A stretch of 64,000 nt of DNA from the IMG/VR virus record IMGVR_UViG_3300042539_001740; one strand, given 5' to 3'. The notes below the pieces were generated by a model. That model saw only the letters and a program-made list of their open reading frames with translations, did not search any database and was not told the DNA's origin. The position numbers and the translations under genes are program-made. Positions 1-7,414 of the stretch are shown here, piece after piece. This DNA comes from a virus. Its lineage: Duplodnaviria; Caudoviricetes. Within the stretch, counting starts at the first letter, position 1, and each line of letters begins with the position of its first letter.

Positions 1-2
1 TT

Positions 3-407
3 ATGAAAAAAACGATTTTATTTCTATTATTATTTTTACCATTTTTAACATTTGCACAACTAGGTTTATCTCCCCAACAAATTGAAAAAAATCTAGGTAC
101 AAATCACAAAACCGAATTCATTGATGGATTAAAGATTTTTACTTATTATTATGATATTGTGTATATGGACGAGAAACAATTGGAAAGTTATGGGTTCATT
201 TTTGTTGAAAGTAATGGGGTAGAATATTGTGCAAATTGGAGTGTTTACAGACCAATCAAGATGTTAAACAAATCTTATAAAGATTTGGAGCCATATGTGA
301 AAGTTGGTGAAAATGTTTGGGTTGATTATGTTACTGGTTCAAGGATGGAATTAAAAATAAATAGGAGTGAGGGTTTTCATTCAATACATGTTAATTATTT
401 AAAATAG
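3..407 (+). CDS. Secreted/periplasmic hypothetical protein
   Basis: Signal peptide ending FLTFA-Q; Gln after the SPI site is typical of Bacteroidota. Confidence 0.7.
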   Translation: MKKTILFLLLFLPFLTFAQLGLSPQQIEKNLGTNHKTEFIDGLKIFTYYYDIVYMDEKQLESYGFIFVESNGVEYCANWSVYRPIKMLNKSYKDLEPYVKVGENVWVDYVTGSRMELKINRSEGFHSIHVNYLK

Positions 408-413
408 AAAAAA

Positions 414-590
414 ATGAAGTTCAAAGTAGGAGACAAGGTTTACAAACCAAAAGGGTATAAGTTCCCTGGTATCGTAGTGGCGGTATTTCAAACCACATCA
501 GGTGAAACAAGAATTGTTGCTGAATTAATCGACAATGGAATGTTGCACATATTTAGTGAGAGTCAGTTGGAACTTGACATTAACAATTAA
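414..590 (+). CDS. 58-aa SH3-fold protein resembling DfrB/R67 type II dihydrofolate reductase (not in ORF track)
   Basis: Manual translation MKFKVGDKVYKPKGYKFPGIVVAVFQTTSGETRIVAELIDNGMLHIFSESQLELDINN. It follows the R67 pattern FxxGDxVxKxxGxxWxGxVV...GxVQIY....LE. Confidence 0.6.
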   Translation: MKFKVGDKVYKPKGYKFPGIVVAVFQTTSGETRIVAELIDNGMLHIFSESQLELDINN

Positions 591-606
591 AAAAATTAAA
601 GTTGTG

Positions 607-849
607 ATGAAAAACACCCCCATTCAAAATGTTATAGCAAAGTTAGAAAAACTTGTCAGAGAGTCCGAGGTTGGTACTGAGGAAAAACGGAAATTAAACT
701 TGGCGATATCTTATCTTTGGGATGAGTTAGATAATGAAAGAAAAACGATGGTTGAAATTTTCGACCTAAGTAAACGAGAACATCCAACTCAAGTAACAGG
801 TAAAATGTGGGTAAATAAACATTTTATGGATTATCAAAAATTTTTATGA
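607..849 (+). CDS. Hypothetical protein (likely start ATG 607 rather than 535)
   Basis: In-frame ATG just after the stop of the 414-590 gene; its stop overlaps the next ATG (ATGA). Confidence 0.6.
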   Translation: MKNTPIQNVIAKLEKLVRESEVGTEEKRKLNLAISYLWDELDNERKTMVEIFDLSKREHPTQVTGKMWVNKHFMDYQKFL

Positions 850-977
850 TGGAGAACAAGAATCAAGGAAAAAGTGAAGAACAAGTTAAGTTTTCTTTAC
901 AGATGTTTGCAGGTACGATGTTAGCTTTAATTGTACTGGGTTTGGTATATCTCATTAAGTTGGGATTTGGTTTGTAA
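846..977 (+). CDS. 43-aa single-TM membrane protein (not in ORF track)
   Basis: MMENKNQGKSEEQVKFSLQMFAGTMLALIVLGLVYLIKLGFGL; ATGA overlap with the upstream stop. Confidence 0.55.
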   Translation: MMENKNQGKSEEQVKFSLQMFAGTMLALIVLGLVYLIKLGFGL

Positions 978-981
978 TGTA

Positions 982-1066
982 GGTCGGGTGGTGAAATTGG
1001 TATCCACGCAACACTTAAACCGTTGTGGTCAGTAAGACCTTATGAGTTCGAGTCTCATCCCGACTA
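982..1066 (+). tRNA. tRNA-Leu(TAA)
   Basis: Acceptor GGTCGGG/CCCGACT, discriminator A, 3-bp D stem, loop CT-TAA-AC, long variable arm, T arm ATGAG-TTCGAGT-CTCAT. CCA not encoded. Confidence 0.9.
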
Positions 1067-1073
1067 CAAAAAT

Positions 1074-1150
1074 ACCCCCTTGGCGGAATAGGTAGACGCG
1101 CATCATTTAGGATGATGTTTTGATTGAGAGTTCGATTCTCTCAGGGGGTA
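1074..1150 (+). tRNA. tRNA-Leu(TAG) with short variable region
   Basis: Acceptor ACCCCCT/AGGGGGT, discriminator A, anticodon arm CATCA-TTTAGGA-TGATG, 8-nt variable region, T arm GAGAG-TTCGATT-CTCTC. CCA not encoded. Confidence 0.85.
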
Positions 1151-1239
1151 CAAAAATTATCTTATGCTTTATGTAATGTTAATTGTACTATTAATATTTT
1201 ATATGTTGGGATTTTTAGATACTGACATTTAGGATATTT

Positions 1240-1425
1240 ATGATAATGAAAAAGATATTAATATTATTTTTATTTTTTACACTTTCATCTTGTGTTGTAT
1301 TTCAAAGACCCTCTTGTCATTCTTATCCACAAGCGAGCTTAAGACACAAAATGAAAAGTCCAAATCTCAAAAAGAGGGGAAGTACACATAGAATGTTACC
1401 AATCCATATGAGAAACAGAGATTGA
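1240..1425 (+). CDS. Small putative lipoprotein with basic tail
   Basis: MKKILILFLFFTLSSC lipobox-like signal. Confidence 0.5.
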   Translation: MIMKKILILFLFFTLSSCVVFQRPSCHSYPQASLRHKMKSPNLKKRGSTHRMLPIHMRNRD

Positions 1426-1451
1426 TTTATTTACCACAATAATTTTTTCAA

Positions 1452-1667
1452 ATGAATATCCGTGTTTTACTTGTTTTACACCTAATGTTTTATATGTTGG
1501 GTGCTTATCATTTTGGTACTTTTAATATTTTCGAGTTTGAGGAGGTTAAAAGTATAATTATGAATTACTCACATGCAGATACTTCATTTTGTTTCTTGTT
1601 GACCTGTGAGGTTATAATTCTTATATTTTCATATCTAATATCAAAACACTTCTTCAATGAAAAATGA
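1452..1667 (+). CDS. Small membrane protein
   Basis: Two hydrophobic segments; overlaps the next gene. Confidence 0.5.
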   Translation: MNIRVLLVLHLMFYMLGAYHFGTFNIFEFEEVKSIIMNYSHADTSFCFLLTCEVIILIFSYLISKHFFNEK

Positions 1668-1971
1668 CAAACTTGTAGTTAAAAAGAAACCAAATATAAC
1701 CACAATATATCCCCACGGAATATCTGAGCCATATGTAGTTTATATATTTCGTTCAGGATGGGAACAAAGATACCATATCATAAGTGAGTGGGGTGAAACT
1801 GATGAAACAACTCACAAACTTATGAAAGTTATTGAACTACTCGATTTCTATGGTATTGATGCAATTGACTTACCTTCTAAAGATTTACATTGTGTGAATA
1901 GGGAAGAAATCTTGAGTCATCCAAATGATGCAGATTTGGGAGAGTTTGTTCGAAAAAAGTTGTACGAATAA
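1657..1971 (+). CDS. Hypothetical protein
   Basis: 104-aa ORF in a tightly packed operon. Confidence 0.65.
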   Translation: MKNDKLVVKKKPNITTIYPHGISEPYVVYIFRSGWEQRYHIISEWGETDETTHKLMKVIELLDFYGIDAIDLPSKDLHCVNREEILSHPNDADLGEFVRKKLYE

Positions 1972-1990
1972 AAAATTGTTTTTATATTTG
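1959..1990 (+). promoter_or_regulatory. Bacteroidota housekeeping-sigma promoter (-33/-7)
   Basis: GTTG-N20-TATATTTG; consensus is TTTG-N19-21-TAnnTTTG. Confidence 0.55.
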
Positions 1991-2010
1991 TTGGACAAAC
2001 AAAGAACACT

Positions 2011-2175
2011 ATGAAAACGAAGAATAAAATCAATATAACCCTGAATGCCATTGGTAATGGTGCTCGATTGGTATATTTAGAGAAGAACCCCCACGGTTTT
2101 TCAGCTGTGACTAAAGTTCATAAGAGTTCAAAACAATATTCTCGTAAAAACAAAAAACTGGTCTATGAAATATAA
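2011..2175 (+). CDS. 54-aa basic peptide, ArfA-like candidate (not in ORF track)
   Basis: MKTKNKINITLNAIGNGARLVYLEKNPHGFSAVTKVHKSSKQYSRKNKKLVYEI; has its own promoter and overlaps the next gene. Confidence 0.6.
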   Translation: MKTKNKINITLNAIGNGARLVYLEKNPHGFSAVTKVHKSSKQYSRKNKKLVYEI

Positions 2176-2587
2176 AATCTATTTGGATGATGAAAGAACA
2201 CCTAATGACAAGGATTGGATTGTTGTTAGAAACTATGGGGCTTTCATCAAAAAAATCAACGAACTTGGTTTGGACAATGTTGATGTTATTTCATTTGACC
2301 ACGATTTGGGTGATACTGCGGTTGAGGAATATTTTAGAAATGTAATTAAAAAAGGAATATTGGATTATGATAACATCGAAGAAAAAACTGGATATGATGC
2401 AGCAAAATGGTTGGTTGGTCACTATATGGACAACTTTACAAGTCCTTTCCCTCAAATATATGTTCACTCCGCCAATCCTGTTGGAGCTGCTAATATTGTT
2501 AATTATATTAATGGTTTCTTAAAACATTTGGATAAGGAACAAACCGCAAAATTGAAAGTTCATCCGTTCACCATTCAAGAAAAATAA
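2165..2587 (+). CDS. Cyclic-phosphate-processing receiver-domain protein
   Basis: IYLDDERTP, ISFDHDLG, KTGYDAAKWL and VHSANPVGA motifs. Confidence 0.75.
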   Translation: MKYKIYLDDERTPNDKDWIVVRNYGAFIKKINELGLDNVDVISFDHDLGDTAVEEYFRNVIKKGILDYDNIEEKTGYDAAKWLVGHYMDNFTSPFPQIYVHSANPVGAANIVNYINGFLKHLDKEQTAKLKVHPFTIQEK

Positions 2588-2589
2588 TA

Positions 2590-3081
2590 ATGAATATCTT
2601 CTTTTTAGATTATGATGTCATCAAGTGTGCAAGATATCATTGTGATAAACATTGTGTTAAACAACTATTGGAGGCGGCTCAACTTTTGTGTGGTGCTCAC
2701 CATGTTACAAACTCAGGTTTAGATATTCCATATAAATTATCACACAAAAACCACCCCTGTTCAATATGGGTTAGAGAGTCATTATCTAACTATTATTACC
2801 TATGTGAATTGGGGTTGGAGTTGTGTAAAGAATACACTTATCGTTATGGTAAAAGACATAAATCACAAGATGTTATTGAATGGTGTGTGATGAATCCAAT
2901 TAATGTAAAAGATAAGGATTTCACTGAACCACCCAAAGCAATGCCTGATGAATATAAGGTTAAGGATGTAATTCAATCATATAGAAACTATTATATTGGT
3001 GCAAAAAAAGATTTTGTTTCTTGGAAAAATCGTGATGTTCCCTCTTGGTTTTGTGAAGAAAATAACTTACAATTAGTATAA
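2590..3081 (+). CDS. Pyrimidine-dimer DNA glycosylase (DenV/endonuclease V-like family)
   Basis: MNIFFLD...HCDKHCVKQLLEAAQLL...HKNHPCSIWVRES...YTYRYGKRHKS. Confidence 0.8.
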   Translation: MNIFFLDYDVIKCARYHCDKHCVKQLLEAAQLLCGAHHVTNSGLDIPYKLSHKNHPCSIWVRESLSNYYYLCELGLELCKEYTYRYGKRHKSQDVIEWCVMNPINVKDKDFTEPPKAMPDEYKVKDVIQSYRNYYIGAKKDFVSWKNRDVPSWFCEENNLQLV

Positions 3082-3087
3082 AATATT

Positions 3088-3348
3088 ATGACAGAAGAAA
3101 AATACAATGAGATAAAAAAACTCAAAGAAACAATAGTTAATTTGGAGTTCAAGTTATCAACAATCAATAACTTAATTGAGTCAAAAAAATTGGAAATGGA
3201 GATAAAGGGGACATCAACTTGTAACTTTAAAATCAATCGTTTTATCAAGTTAGGTGGTGATGATTTTATCAAATCAATCTTAGATAGTGAAAGAAAAACA
3301 ACGGAATATCAACTCTCAAAAATGAGAGAAGATTTCGATAAATTATAA
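3088..3348 (+). CDS. Hypothetical coiled-coil protein
   Basis: ORF track; operon packing. Confidence 0.6.
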   Translation: MTEEKYNEIKKLKETIVNLEFKLSTINNLIESKKLEMEIKGTSTCNFKINRFIKLGGDDFIKSILDSERKTTEYQLSKMREDFDKL

Positions 3349-3353
3349 TATTT

Positions 3354-3443
3354 ATGGATACCTACAACATTATTATGGCAAGCATTCTTACATCCCTTTT
3401 TATAATTTTAGCTTTACGAATTAGAAATAACAGAAAAGCATGA
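3354..3443 (+). CDS. 29-aa membrane peptide (not in ORF track)
   Basis: MDTYNIIMASILTSLFIILALRIRNNRKA; its TGA overlaps ATG 3440. Confidence 0.5.
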   Translation: MDTYNIIMASILTSLFIILALRIRNNRKA

Positions 3444-3709
3444 TACACAACTTAACAAAGTTTCAGCTCGAAGTTTGGAATAAAATCAAACCACACCTCA
3501 AAGAGGAATATGGTACTCAAATCAATTTCGATGATGAACTACAGATAAACTTTAGTTTTGGGAACGGAAAGATTGTCTTAGATGTTTTTCCACAAGATGA
3601 AGTATTGTTATTTATACATTTCGAAAATGAGGGGTTTGAAAAACATTTTTTTAATAGTAGTAATTTAGATAGTTTAATAGAAATTTTAAAGAAAAATGAA
3701 TATCAATGA
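3440..3709 (+). CDS. Hypothetical protein
   Basis: ORF track; overlaps its neighbours. Confidence 0.6.
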   Translation: MIHNLTKFQLEVWNKIKPHLKEEYGTQINFDDELQINFSFGNGKIVLDVFPQDEVLLFIHFENEGFEKHFFNSSNLDSLIEILKKNEYQ

Positions 3710-4001
3710 AGCATATGACTTTCTAATGAAGAAAGTTGATGAACTAAAAGAACAAGGAATAGAAGTATTAATCAAAGATTCTATAGTAACACCTGACACA
3801 AAAGAAAAATATAACAGACCAGATAGATTACCCTCAACAGAATGGAAAACTATTTGTTTAGGTCTTCAGTGTGAAGGTGACTTAGGTAAAGTTCGTGAAA
3901 TTGAACATTTATGTAGTATGGTTGGTATCTATTTCGACACAGGTTATGGTGGTGGTCAAAGAGAGTGGGAAATAGATTGGTCTTTCAGAGTTTCCCAATA
4001 A
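3696..4001 (+). CDS. Hypothetical protein
   Basis: ORF track; GIYFDTGYGGGQREWEIDWSF motif. Confidence 0.65.
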   Translation: MNINEAYDFLMKKVDELKEQGIEVLIKDSIVTPDTKEKYNRPDRLPSTEWKTICLGLQCEGDLGKVREIEHLCSMVGIYFDTGYGGGQREWEIDWSFRVSQ

Positions 4002-4026
4002 AATTTAAAAAAAAACCCATTTTGAT

Positions 4027-4057
4027 TTTGAAATTAGAATGGGGTTTTCTATTTTTG
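4027..4057 (+). promoter_or_regulatory. Bacteroidota housekeeping-sigma promoter inside an imperfect inverted repeat
   Basis: TTTG-N19-TATTTTTG, an exact consensus match; overlaps the hairpin AAACCCATTTTGATTT/AAATTAGAATGGGGTTT. Confidence 0.6.
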
Positions 4058-4080
4058 TAAGACAATAAAACAATATCACA

Positions 4081-4560
4081 ATGGGAACAAATTACTACAG
4101 AATACCAAGTGTCCAAGAAATGGAACAAAAAAAAGCTAAGTTAATTGAGAATGTTACCAACTTAGTAGTCTCACCATATATGATTGAACGTAAGTTCACA
4201 AATTTTGAGGTAGGATTTGATAGATATTCTGCTTGGGACATATTCACTATGGGGACTTCAATACATTTGGGTAAAAGAAGTAGTGGTTGGAAATTCTTAT
4301 GGAATTTTCACGATAACAATTATTACTCAAACAAAGAGGAATTATTTAACTTTATACGAACTGGTAGAATAGTTGATGAATATGGTGAAGAAATGGATGT
4401 TGAGGAGTTCATCAAAATGGCCTTAGAATGGGGACAACCTGATGGATTGGATGGGGAAACATATCGTAGACAACATCCTCGTCAATACTCCCACGATTTT
4501 GAAAAAAAAGAACAATATATTGATGGTTTAAGAGTTGCACCTTATACTGATTTTTCATAA
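4081..4560 (+). CDS. Conserved phage hypothetical protein
   Basis: MGTNYY...IHLGKRSSGWKFLWN...IVDEYGE...DFS pattern recalled from phage proteins. Confidence 0.7.
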   Translation: MGTNYYRIPSVQEMEQKKAKLIENVTNLVVSPYMIERKFTNFEVGFDRYSAWDIFTMGTSIHLGKRSSGWKFLWNFHDNNYYSNKEELFNFIRTGRIVDEYGEEMDVEEFIKMALEWGQPDGLDGETYRRQHPRQYSHDFEKKEQYIDGLRVAPYTDFS

Positions 4561-4580
4561 CAATTAAAATAATTATTACT

Positions 4581-4886
4581 ATGGCTAAGAGATTATCATA
4601 CGAACAAAAAAAAGAACAATTACTAATAGACATCATCAACAAGATGTTCGAATTTGCTGGTCATAATGTTACATTCGAAGATATCAAAGATAGAAAAGAT
4701 GATTGGTATGCTCAATGGACAATAACTGAAGACCAATATGACCAATGGCAAAAGTGGGGTGTGAAAGAAGTTAAGAAAAAGATGAAGATGACCGAAGATT
4801 TTGCTAAGAGACAAATGGCAATGATTGGTTTGAATTATGGTTTGAAATTCGCAGACCATAATATTTATCAAGAAAAAGAATTATGA
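4581..4886 (+). CDS. Hypothetical protein
   Basis: ORF track. Confidence 0.65.
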   Translation: MAKRLSYEQKKEQLLIDIINKMFEFAGHNVTFEDIKDRKDDWYAQWTITEDQYDQWQKWGVKEVKKKMKMTEDFAKRQMAMIGLNYGLKFADHNIYQEKEL

Positions 4887-4960
4887 AAAAATTTATCTGT
4901 AATTTCATTTCCAAAATAACATTCGGTAAAGTTTGTTTTGGGTGGTGTAAATTAAAATAG
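4883..4960 (+). CDS. 25-aa Cys-containing amphipathic peptide (not in ORF track)
   Basis: MKKFICNFISKITFGKVCFGWCKLK; ATGA overlap upstream, next ATG 3 nt after its stop. Confidence 0.5.
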   Translation: MKKFICNFISKITFGKVCFGWCKLK

Positions 4961-4962
4961 AA

Positions 4963-5376
4963 ATGAATCAAGATATCATATCATATCCGAGTGTTTTTGT
5001 TGATGATGTTACCATCTCTGTAATTTTCAAAGAAAATGAGAATTACGATATGATGACAAGATTATTTGACAAATATGGTTTTGGTTTTTATTACCCAAAG
5101 ACCAAAACCATTATGATTGATGGTGAACTTTTTGTTGATACAGATTTGACATTTGATGATTTACGATTTGTTGAGGCACACGAAGTTTCTCATTTATTAT
5201 TAGGACACACTGGTGGAATAAGATACGATGAAGATGAAATTGATGCAGATTTAATGGCATATCTTCTACTAAAAAAACAAGGATTGTCAACAGATAGATT
5301 AACAAGTACATTCCAAGAACGACATGGAATTGAGTTCACAAAAGAATTATTAAGTGATTTCCAATCAAAATTATAG
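4963..5376 (+). CDS. Zn metallopeptidase, ImmA/IrrE-like
   Basis: AHEVSHLLLGH (HExxH) plus downstream DEIDAD. Confidence 0.6.
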   Translation: MNQDIISYPSVFVDDVTISVIFKENENYDMMTRLFDKYGFGFYYPKTKTIMIDGELFVDTDLTFDDLRFVEAHEVSHLLLGHTGGIRYDEDEIDADLMAYLLLKKQGLSTDRLTSTFQERHGIEFTKELLSDFQSKL

Positions 5377-5404
5377 AAGTACAACATAGTGTTGTACTTT
5401 TTTT
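5377..5404 (+). terminator. Rho-independent terminator
   Basis: AAGTACAACA-TAG-TGTTGTACTT followed by a T run. Confidence 0.8.
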
Positions 5405-5453
5405 GTTAAAGGTCAATATTTATTATTTATAATAACTAAAAATATTTAACCTT

Positions 5454-6059
5454 ATGTCATCAGATATTATTGTAGCGTTTATAACAGGGGTGATGGGACC
5501 TGTGACATTGTTATATGTTAAAAATCTATTAGATAAGAAAAAGAAAAAACCCGATATGTTACACGATGCCCTGAAAGTTGGGGAATTGGTAATGTCAAAA
5601 ATCGAACACATCAGGGAAGAAATCAATTGTGATAGAGTTTGGGTTACTCAGTTCCACAATGGTGGTAATTTTTATCCTACGGGCAAATCTATGGCCAAAT
5701 TCAGTATGATTTATGAAGCTGTCGGTCCTAATGCTACCTCAAAACAAAATACCTTCAAAAACCTACCTGTAAACCTCTTCACAAAATCAATCAATCAGTT
5801 ATTCGAAAATGATGTTATTGAAATTGTTGATTTTAAGGATGAAACAATTGCAACTTATGGGTTGAAGTATATTGCCGAAGAAACGGCTTGTAAATCTCAA
5901 TATATATTTGCCATCAAAACAATTGATAACAAATTCATTGGTACACTAGGAATTGATTTTACCAAAAGAAAAACAAAATTGGATATGGAAACCATAAATC
6001 ACCTCGCAGTTCATGCAAGTTCTTTAGGTGGGGTGTTAATGAATCACCTGAAACAATAA
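5454..6059 (+). CDS. Single-TM + GAF-domain protein, probable T4 gpT-type holin
   Basis: N-terminal TM and poly-K, then a GAF-like domain (CDRVWVTQFHNG...FIGTLGIDF); same architecture as T4 holin T. Confidence 0.55.
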   Translation: MSSDIIVAFITGVMGPVTLLYVKNLLDKKKKKPDMLHDALKVGELVMSKIEHIREEINCDRVWVTQFHNGGNFYPTGKSMAKFSMIYEAVGPNATSKQNTFKNLPVNLFTKSINQLFENDVIEIVDFKDETIATYGLKYIAEETACKSQYIFAIKTIDNKFIGTLGIDFTKRKTKLDMETINHLAVHASSLGGVLMNHLKQ

Positions 6060-6063
6060 ATTT

Positions 6064-6708
6064 ATGGTAAAATTTTATCCACCAACAACAGATGCTAATT
6101 TAGATACAAGTAAATTCAAAAGATGGACTTATACCCCTTATAGAAATGGTGTTGATGTTTACGCCCCTTTTGATGGAAAGATTTATGGTGTTGATAAGAA
6201 GAAGGGACTAGTTAAAATTAAACACTTTTTTTCAAAAGACACTTATACTACTAAATTTTATGAATTAGGTGACATATATAAATCTAATGGGGATACTGTA
6301 AGAATGGGGGAAATTATAGGTAAAACAAGTTCAAGTCCTTTCAGTATGGAAATTGTAGATTCAGGTAATTTGGAACAATTGATAACACCATTCTTCACTG
6401 GTAGTGTAAATCTTAGAACAGAACCTAAACAAGAAAAAAATGTATCAAAAGAAAAGGAAATCCAAATTAAAGACAAAGAAACTTCAGATAAATTCGAAAA
6501 ACAAAAAGAAAAAAATAAGAAAGAAAAATATGTACCTGGTTTAAAAACTTATGAACCTGGTAAACTTTCTTTACTAGATGTTGGTTTAGTCCCCTTTCAT
6601 TTATTAGGAATGGCTGGTACTTATCTTCAAAATAGAATGAAAAGGAAAAAAGCAGAAAAAGAAAATTTAGAAGAGGAAGTGCAAAGAATTAAACAACTTA
6701 TAAAATAA
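6064..6708 (+). CDS. Degenerate M23 peptidase-domain protein with C-terminal LEEEVQRIKQLIK motif
   Basis: GVDVYAPFDG...VKIKH...GDTVRMGEIIG fits the M23 fold, but the HxxxD and HxH Zn ligands are replaced. Confidence 0.6.
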   Translation: MVKFYPPTTDANLDTSKFKRWTYTPYRNGVDVYAPFDGKIYGVDKKKGLVKIKHFFSKDTYTTKFYELGDIYKSNGDTVRMGEIIGKTSSSPFSMEIVDSGNLEQLITPFFTGSVNLRTEPKQEKNVSKEKEIQIKDKETSDKFEKQKEKNKKEKYVPGLKTYEPGKLSLLDVGLVPFHLLGMAGTYLQNRMKRKKAEKENLEEEVQRIKQLIK

Positions 6709-6745
6709 AAAAATCCCCATCTTAAAAAGTGGGGATTTATTTTTT
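6706..6745. terminator. Bidirectional terminator between convergent genes
   Basis: A-run, AAATCCCCAT/GTGGGGATTT stem, T-run. Confidence 0.75.
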
Positions 6746-6759
6746 GTAAGAAATTATAA

Positions 6760-6924
6760 CTATTTCTCAACTTTAGCTGAATCAACAGATGGAGTTGTAA
6801 CTGTAGTAGTTTCAACGGCTGTAGAATCTGTAGTTGTAGTTTTTTCTTCAGTAGCTGCAGTAGTTCCACAAGAAGCAAGAACAGTGCTAAGAACAACGAT
6901 TGTTCCAAAAAGTAATTTTCTCAT
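6760..6924 (-). CDS. 54-aa Thr-rich lipoprotein (not in ORF track)
   Basis: MRKLLFGTIVVLSTVLASCGTTAATEEKTTTTDSTAVETTTVTTPSVDSAKVEK; lipobox LASC-G. Confidence 0.8.
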   Translation of the reverse strand: MRKLLFGTIVVLSTVLASCGTTAATEEKTTTTDSTAVETTTVTTPSVDSAKVEK

Positions 6925-7057
6925 TTTGTCTAAAAAATTTAAGATTTTAATTTGATTTAGTTATTAAACACTTAATAAATACGCATTAAACTTTAATAAG
7001 TCAAATGGTGTTGAAAAATTTTTTGTTAAAATTATAATTATAAAAAAACTAAATAAT

Positions 7058-7414
7058 ATGAATTGGAAACACACCTTGATTATTGTGGTGTCTATTTTGT
7101 TTATTGGAATGGGTTTGGGTTATTTGATAAGTTATAACGCAAAGGAAACTAGAAATCTCCACCAACAACTAATAGATGCTGAAAGAAAAGCTATTGATTC
7201 TTTATATAAAGAATTGGAAGTTATGAAAACTGAAAGGGAAACTATGGAATCCCAACTAAATGCACTTACTACTGGTATTAGAATTAGTGAGTCAAACTTA
7301 TCAACAAAAATAAACCAACTAAAAATTCAAAACAATGTTAAGATTGAAGCTATTACTAATAGTACTAATGATGAGCTGCTCGATGGTTTACGCACAAGAT
7401 TTGGCAAAAAGTAA
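7058..7414 (+). CDS. TM + coiled-coil protein, i-spanin-like
   Basis: N-terminal TM, long helical periplasmic region; overlaps the next gene by 80 nt. Confidence 0.5.
   Translation: MNWKHTLIIVVSILFIGMGLGYLISYNAKETRNLHQQLIDAERKAIDSLYKELEVMKTERETMESQLNALTTGIRISESNLSTKINQLKIQNNVKIEAITNSTNDELLDGLRTRFGKK

Noticed and set aside
535-606. ORF-track start at 535, and similar upstream extensions (13747, 14589, 17071, 24086, 31181, 45933)
   Set aside because: They overlap neighbouring genes or use weak starts. Downstream ATGs with A-rich leaders or stop/start coupling fit better.
3349-3355. TATTTAT overlapping the ATG at 3354
   Set aside because: It overlaps the start codon in an early operon and is probably a chance hit in AT-rich DNA, so it is not counted as a late promoter.
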